Assembly (NCBI GenBank): GCA_964035545.1
Contig: CAXIUT010000289.1
Span: 1 to 64,000 of the forward strand
DNA length: 64,000 bases
Source of the DNA: Bugula neritina
Taxonomy: Eukaryota > Animalia > Bryozoa
Reading direction: 5' to 3'
Shown here: positions 57,601-64,000 of the stretch, piece after piece
How positions within the stretch are numbered: position 1 is the first letter of the stretch
How the letters are laid out: each line of letters begins with the position of its first letter
Translations under genes and position numbers: made by a program
The notes under the pieces: generated by a model
What the model was told of the DNA's origin: nothing
What the model saw: only the letters and a program-made list of their open reading frames with translations
The model's database searches: none

Positions 57601-60600
57601 TAGTAGAGATAGTATATAGTATTATAGTAGAGATAGTATACAGTATTATAGTAGAGATAGTATACAGTATTATAGTAGAGATATTATATAGTATTATAGT
57701 AGAGATAGTATATAGTATTATAGTAGAGAAAGTATACAGTATTATAGTAGAGATAGTATACAGTATTATAGTAGAGATAGTATACAGTATTATAGTAGAG
57801 ATAGTATATAGTATTATAATAGAGATAGTATACAGTATTATAGTAGAGATAGTATATAGTATTATAGTAGAGAAAGTATACAGTATTATAGTAGAGATAG
57901 TATACAGTATTATAGTAGAGATATTATATAGTATTATAGTAGAGATAGTATATAGTATTATAGTAGAGAAAGTATACAGTATTATAGTAGAGATAGTATA
58001 CAGTATTATAGTAGAGATATTATATAGTATTATAGTAGAGATAGTATATAGTATTATAGTAGAGAAAGTATACAGTATTATAGTAGAGATAGTATACAGT
58101 ATTATAGTAGAGATAGTATACAGTATTATAGTAGAGATAGTATATAGTATTATAATAGAGATAGTATACAGTATTATAGTAGAGATAGTATATAGTATTA
58201 TAGTAGAGAAAGTATACAGTATTATAGTAGAGATAGTATACAGTATTATAGTAGAGATAGTATACAGTATTATAGTAGAGATAGTATATAGTATTATAGT
58301 AGAGATAGTATACAGTATTATAGTAGAGATAGTATATAGTATTATAGTAGAGATAGTATATAGTATTATAGTAGAGATAGTATATAGTATTATAGTAGAG
58401 ATAGTATACAGTATTATAGTAGAGATAGTATACAGTATTATAGTAGAGATAGTATACAGTATTATAGTAGAGATAGTATATAGTATTATAGTAGAGATAG
58501 TATACAGTATTATAATAGAGATAGTATACAGTATTATAGTAGAGAAAGTATACAGTATTATAGTAGAGATAGTATATAGTATTATAATAGAGATAGTATA
58601 CAGTATTATAGTAGAGATAGTATATAGTATTATAGTAGAGAAAGTATACAGTATTATAGTAGAGATAGTATACAGTATTATAGTAGAGATAGTATACAGT
58701 ATTATAGTAGAGATAGTATATAGTATTATAGTAGAGATAGTATATAGTATTATAGTAGAGATAGTATACAGTATTATAGTAGAGATAGTATACAGTATTA
58801 TAGTAGAGATATTATATAGTATTATAGTAGAGATATTATATAGTATTATAGTAGAGATAGTATATATTATATACATATATTCACCTGGCTCTGGTTCTTC
58901 TATCATTTGATTCTCTTTCTACAACAATAATGTACATCAGTTAAACAGGTGTAAGATTCCATAGTACTCAGTATAACTATATCTGGTGCACTGGTAAGCA
59001 ATAAACAGCTCACTGTATTCACAACCGTATTATCTAATGCTAGATGACACAAACGTATAAAAACTATCCTCTGCTAGTGTAGAGTCTAGTATGTATGGTA
59101 AGGATGAACATGAATATGTTAAATCATTTTGATTGAACTAAGTTTTAATCTAAGTACCACCACTTGAAACACTTCAATGACTGCTGTACAGATTCAAAGA
59201 CTTCTGTTTATGTATGCTATTATTCTTCATTGAACATGACTACAATATGAATACTATATTTCACAATAACCATATCCAAAACTACATTTTGTAACTGAAG
59301 CTGCTACATCTTTCAATTTGAACTTCCTATAACTAGATGTACTATTTCTAACAGATATTGTGTGTGTATGTGTTTGTGTGTGCAAGTGCTCCTGTACACA
59401 TAAAGAACCACCTTAACAATAGACTGAGAGAAGAAATAGACTGAGAGAAGAAATAGACTGAGAGAAGACATAGACTGAGAGAAGAAATAGACTGAAAGAA
59501 GAAATATACTGAGAGAAGAAATAGACTGAGAGAAGAAATAGACTGAGAGAAGAAATAGACTGAGAGAAGAAATAGACTGAGAGAAGAAATAGACTGAAAG
59601 AAGAAATATACTGAGGGATGGTATAGACTGAGAGAATAAATAGGCTGAGAGAAGAAACAGGCTGAGAGAATAAATAGATTGAGAGGAGAAATAGACTGAG
59701 AGAATAAATAGATTGAGAGGAGAAATAGACTGAGGGATGGTATAAACTGAGGGAGGGTATAGGCTGAGAAAAAATAGACTGAGAGAAGAAATAGACTGCG
59801 AGAATAGATAGGCTGAGAGAAGAGAAGAAATAGACTGAGAATAAATAAGCTGAGAGAAGAAATAGACTGACAGAAGAAATAGGCTGAGAGAAGAAATAGA
59901 CCGAAAGAAATAGACTAAAATATTTCACCTCTTCCATGATCGACAGTTCACCCGACTTCTCAGGAGCTAAACTCACATCACTCAGAGTGTCACCCATCTC
60001 AATGGTGAATTCCTCGTTCAGGTTGACTGCAGTCTGCAACACAGTCACCTGACTTCAGTCACATGACATACAGTGGTCACATGACCGAAGTCACAGAACC
60101 ACAAGCAGCCACACCATATTAAACAGAGTTATATGAATTGCAACTGAGCCCAATAAATATAAGGTGCATATAAAAATGAATCGACAGTGCACACAAAACA
60201 TTGGACAAGTTACTATAACACAACAATGATGAAATGAACAAATCAGCGACTATTGCATTAACAGAGAAATCTGATAAAACTTTCCCTATCAAATTGAAGC
60301 TATCATATTTGTTTTCAATTTCAAGTGAAATTATAATAATATACAGACAAGAATGTATCACGCGATGGCTTTAGAATTCATTTGAGTATCTTTAGAGGTC
60401 AGAGTGTGGAGAACAAACCGGCTGAGGTTGGAGAGATATGAGGTCAGCTTCCTCGACAACCTCGGTGCACTCCGGCAGCGTGGTGTTGTCTCTCCGGCTG
60501 TCCACCAGAGTGATGTTGCTGCCGGTGACGTCAGTCTCTGAGATCTCCACTGACTCAACTATTCTCATGCTGCCGACATCAGTGTTTGTATCCTCCGACT

Positions 60601-62904
60601 CAACTTCCTGTGAGGGAAACACGGCACAGCATAGACTATAGTACCAGCAATGATGAAATAACTCCAAAAAAGGTGAAAAATTTAAGAATGATTATAGAAA
60701 ATAACTTGAAAAAGTGAGTTGTGTTACTTACCTTCAGCAGCTCAATTGCAGACGTGGTGTTTGTCTTAGCATGCTGTCGTCCTTTCTGAGATGAGTAGAC
60801 GTTCATATCAGTAACAGCAGAGCTAACTTCAGCCACGTCAGGGCTAACTTCACCTCCGGGTGGGCTATCTTTAACTACATGTGAGATATCTTCAGCCACA
60901 GCTGGGCTATCCTCAGCTACAGGTGAGTTACTATCAGCAGTATGCACATCTTCAGTAGTATTTGTATTCACTGCGGGACTGACGTCCACTGTTGCGCTGA
61001 CGTCTGCAGCCGGATTGTCTGTGCTGGGAAAATTGTCTGATGTCAGAGTGTCTTCACCCACAATTTGAGTAGACTGCGGGGGGAATGCATCAACCTCCTT
61101 CTCACTAACTGCAGCCACAGCAGCCACTGGGGCTACAGCATCTGAGTCAGCAATACTTGAGACTTCAGATTCCCTGACGACTGGCTGATATGTCTTCTTC
61201 ACAATCAGCTTTGAAGGAGCAGAATTTTGAGTAGCAGCTCGCTGTAAGCAGATTCAATTCACCTGACAATAGCTTAGAGGTTCACCAGATGGTATTATAG
61301 AAGAGAGACACAATATATTCCCTTAGTAAAGTTTACTGGCTACTTCGGCTATAAAACTTACCCTAGACGATTTGCGCATGGGTGCTGATGCTTGAGCTGC
61401 AACTTTCATTTGAGGTTCATTTTCAGTCCTATGTAAGCAAAGAAACAATAAGATTAAACTGTTATAGTGGGATAAGATCACACCTTATACTCGTTCAACT
61501 AGCGTTGAGTACACACAAAACCATCACAACAGTCAGCTGCAAGGTCAACTAAAACCTAAAAATAATCAGGGATTGGTAATACTAAGATCTTCAGTTTGTA
61601 GTGTGCATAGAAATAGAAGCAGCTACACAGAACTAAACAGGCGGTGTTTTATTATATTTACATTACACACTTTATTCATGTGCACCTATGAGTAGCCAAC
61701 CTACTAGTTTCAAGGACTTATGACAAGGCATAGTGTATGACATTGATATAACAGTACATTTGTGTCATCCCAGTCCAGTAGTGGACCTTAGTTTACTTAC
61801 ATTCCTGGATGGACTTCCTCATTGTCCACCTTAGTTTTCTTCAACTTCTTGGGAGAGGCGGATTCTGAAAAATTAAACAACATTACTTCCTTCTTTCTGA
61901 AAAAAGTGCGTACTGATGATGAATTTGAATTATAACCAAGAAACATTTAAAAATTAAAACAATAAAAAACGTTTAAAACAGAATTTATTCACCACTGGGT
62001 TAGTCAATTATGTAAACTCTATTTTGTACATACCAGGGTTGGCGCGCTTTGCTGCAGTCTTCTGAGCCGGGGACTTCCCCAGCATCTCCGATGCAGACCG
62101 CCGCTTGCAGTTCCTGACTGGTCTTCCAGACATGATCTTGTATTTCACACAAATGAAATATTCCAATGCCTCCTGAAAGTAAATAGCAAAAATGTAAATC
62201 TAACATTGCCTATGAGCTATCTATGTACGATCTATGTAAAACCTCTGGTAGATGGAATTTTCAAGTAGGTACCAATACAACGGAAGAAATATTAGCATAA
62301 CTTTATTCGGACTGAGTAAATAAATTACAAGCATCAAAATTATATTAATCAACAATTTTTTTGTAACATCCAATTATTGAGTTTGTTATGCATTGATTTA
62401 GTAATGATCATTGACTTTGTGAAAGTCACGCTGGTACTGAACTTAAATTTCTTATTTCAACCACAAAAGGCATCGAGTTTGACTAAATTTAACACAGTAT
62501 GAATGGCAATATTAATATTTATAGTTTTAGTGTACCACTACCCATTGAATATCAGACGCACTGTGGACAAATAGGCTAAGCATATGAACACCAGCCATTG
62601 CAAATCAACATTAATTATATATGCTATTAGTATTGGCATTACTTATGACTAGTTTAATGTCTAATTACATTCACTCTAATAGGTACAACAATGGGGTGCC
62701 AGACTAATAGTGATATTTTTATTCACTTTGATTAGGACTGCAGAATAAATGGCAATCTGATTAATAACCATGATGATAATGCCTTGAAGTTGTACTTCAA
62801 CTTGTCATGGTGATGGTTATAAATAAATGATTATGGCTTCCACGACACAGTTCTATAGATATCCCCATCATTATTACTTTATAATGTTGAGGTCCACTTA
62901 CCAT
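45602..62904 (-). CDS. Multi-C2H2 zinc-finger protein (about 17 fingers, acidic N- and C-terminal regions), more than 25 small exons
   Basis: Fingers such as CPHCERVFKNEYMLSQHIHVH-TGEKNY, CTICGKGFIQKYKLNLHLKFH, CQICGYAVKRRDSLRQHMYRH. Candidate start ATG|GTAAGT at 62904; stop at 45602. Not every exon was resolved. Confidence 0.85.
46850..47580. repeat. (CTA/CCA)n compound microsatellite with a 338-bp higher-order duplication
   Basis: Marker motifs tcttattactgc at 46991 and 47329, acttcttctg at 47091 and 47429. Confidence 0.9.
48033..48385. repeat. Intronic minisatellite, unit about 39-43 bp
   Basis: gagagaagatacagagtaagtgtggtgaggttacatata units. Confidence 0.9.
50326..50550. repeat. 18/21-bp intronic minisatellite
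   Basis: gtgatatactataataatact units. Confidence 0.9.
51974..52406. mobile_element. hAT-type MITE
   Basis: TIR CAGGGTTGGGG/CCCCAACCCTG; 8-bp TSD gtagctac/gtaactac (7 of 8 match); subterminal AATTAC repeats. Confidence 0.85.
53712..54292. repeat. 21-bp intronic minisatellite (about 27 copies)
   Basis: catctcaacactgctgtaata units. Confidence 0.95.
55857..58868. repeat. 24-bp satellite, about 125 copies (about 3 kb), filling one intron
   Basis: tagtagagatagtatacagtatta units. Confidence 0.97.
59419..59916. repeat. 17-bp intronic minisatellite
   Basis: gactgagagaagaaata units. Confidence 0.9.
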
Positions 62905-63834
62905 GATTTTCAGGCTGAGCCTGAAGGCTTCGAGTCTCAGTTTGCTAGTGTGATTGTCTCATCAAAGTGAACCCATTTTGGTTTTATAGCGATAATCAAT
63001 TTGAATTTGTTATCAGTTATACTTATATTTATTATCATTATCATAAAGGCTATAAGGTTTAAGGCATAAGCAATTTGAATTTGAATTTATTTTTAGCATA
63101 AGCAGTTGCACAAAGGTGTTTAATGTTTTACCTGTAAATTTAATTTACACTTACAGTTAATGTTTTAGTATCGTATCAGTGCGGTTTATGGATTTGAACA
63201 ATTACAAGCACAAGTGACTGTGAGTTGGTCTTAACTCATTAGTCACTACTATTACTATTAGTATTACTATTACTATTAGCCATTACTCATTAGGCTTAGC
63301 AGATAGTCATAGTGATACTCATACGGATATGGTAATAGTACAGTACTAATAGTAGTTAAGCGTAGCCTGAGCAGCCTACACAGTGTGAGTGCCAATAACA
63401 CAGTTCATGGTTCCGTAGCCGTAGGACTAGAAGTAGAAGAAGGACTAAGAGTAGGTGTAGCTGGCAGTGGACTAGTGAACTGTGAATATCGAAGTTGAAT
63501 TTAAAATCAACATTCAATGCCGCCACGGCGCCAGTCATTTTTAATTTTTTATTAGAGCACAACTCAGTGATTATTACACCTGTTTTCTTCTGATGACTAT
63601 TAGTAATGAGTAACAGTAAATCGCACATTTTATTTATTTTTATTTATACTGAAAAAGTTTAAAAATGGGACTATCAATTTGTACTAATTTGAAAAGTGGA
63701 AAAGTAGGAATCGCACTGAAATTATTAACGTGATGCTTATGAAAAATATAAAAAAAATCAGCTAAATGAACACGTCAGCAATCTTTTTATTTTGTAAAAT
63801 AGTAGAAGAGGTGTCTAGGAAAAAAATAACAGCC

Positions 63835-63980
63835 ATACCTTGACGAGTTTTATTCCAGCTGATGGACAATTTGAAGTTTTCTAGATAGTTTGTAAATGTG
63901 AGCACAGCGATTCTACTAGCGCCATTTTGTGCGCTTAAAATTGTTTTTAATGGCCGGGTGGCGCTCCTATTTCCGTTACA
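63835..63980 (-). promoter_or_regulatory. Probable promoter and non-coding first exon of the zinc-finger gene
   Basis: Local CpG enrichment, YY1-type CGCCATTTT at about 63920, donor AAG|GTATGG at about 63837. Confidence 0.4.
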
Positions 63981-64000
63981 GATGTATTTATAACCATTTG

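Noticed and set aside
55841-58906. 1021-aa ORF (TISTIILY)n
   Set aside because: Translation of a 24-bp intronic satellite bounded by GT (58884) and AG (about 55841). It is in frame with the upstream exon and stops at the acceptor TAG, but a stop-free frame is expected from the unit sequence.

Overview
AT-rich, intron-containing animal DNA, probably from an invertebrate; the species cannot be fixed from sequence alone. I assembled gene models by hand from splice sites and reading-frame phase. From left to right: (1) the 5' two-thirds of a PARP14-like gene (RRM, KH-like repeats, degenerate macrodomain; minus strand, runs off the left edge); (2) an LTR-retrotransposon nest with a two-LTR, internally deleted Ty3/Gypsy element (7124-12549; tRNA-Leu PBS, PPT, gag, -1 frameshift cassette, protease, no RT/RNase H/integrase core), a 5'-truncated related Gypsy pol fragment, and solo LTRs; (3) a small single-exon secreted prepropeptide gene; (4) two unrelated orphan type-I membrane protein genes; (5) a RING/B-box/coiled-coil/beta-propeller TRIM gene with about 40 Ser/Thr-Pro heptads at its N-terminus; (6) a gene with about 17 C2H2 fingers whose introns are filled with minisatellites. 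MITEs, tRNA-derived SINEs and microsatellites are interspersed. The best candidates for something new are a spliced zinc-finger/coiled-coil accessory gene inside the Gypsy element, the antimicrobial- or neuropeptide-like precursor, the heptad-tailed TRIM, and a four-fold tandem splice donor that could switch a receptor to a soluble form. No database searches were run, so novelty is unverified.
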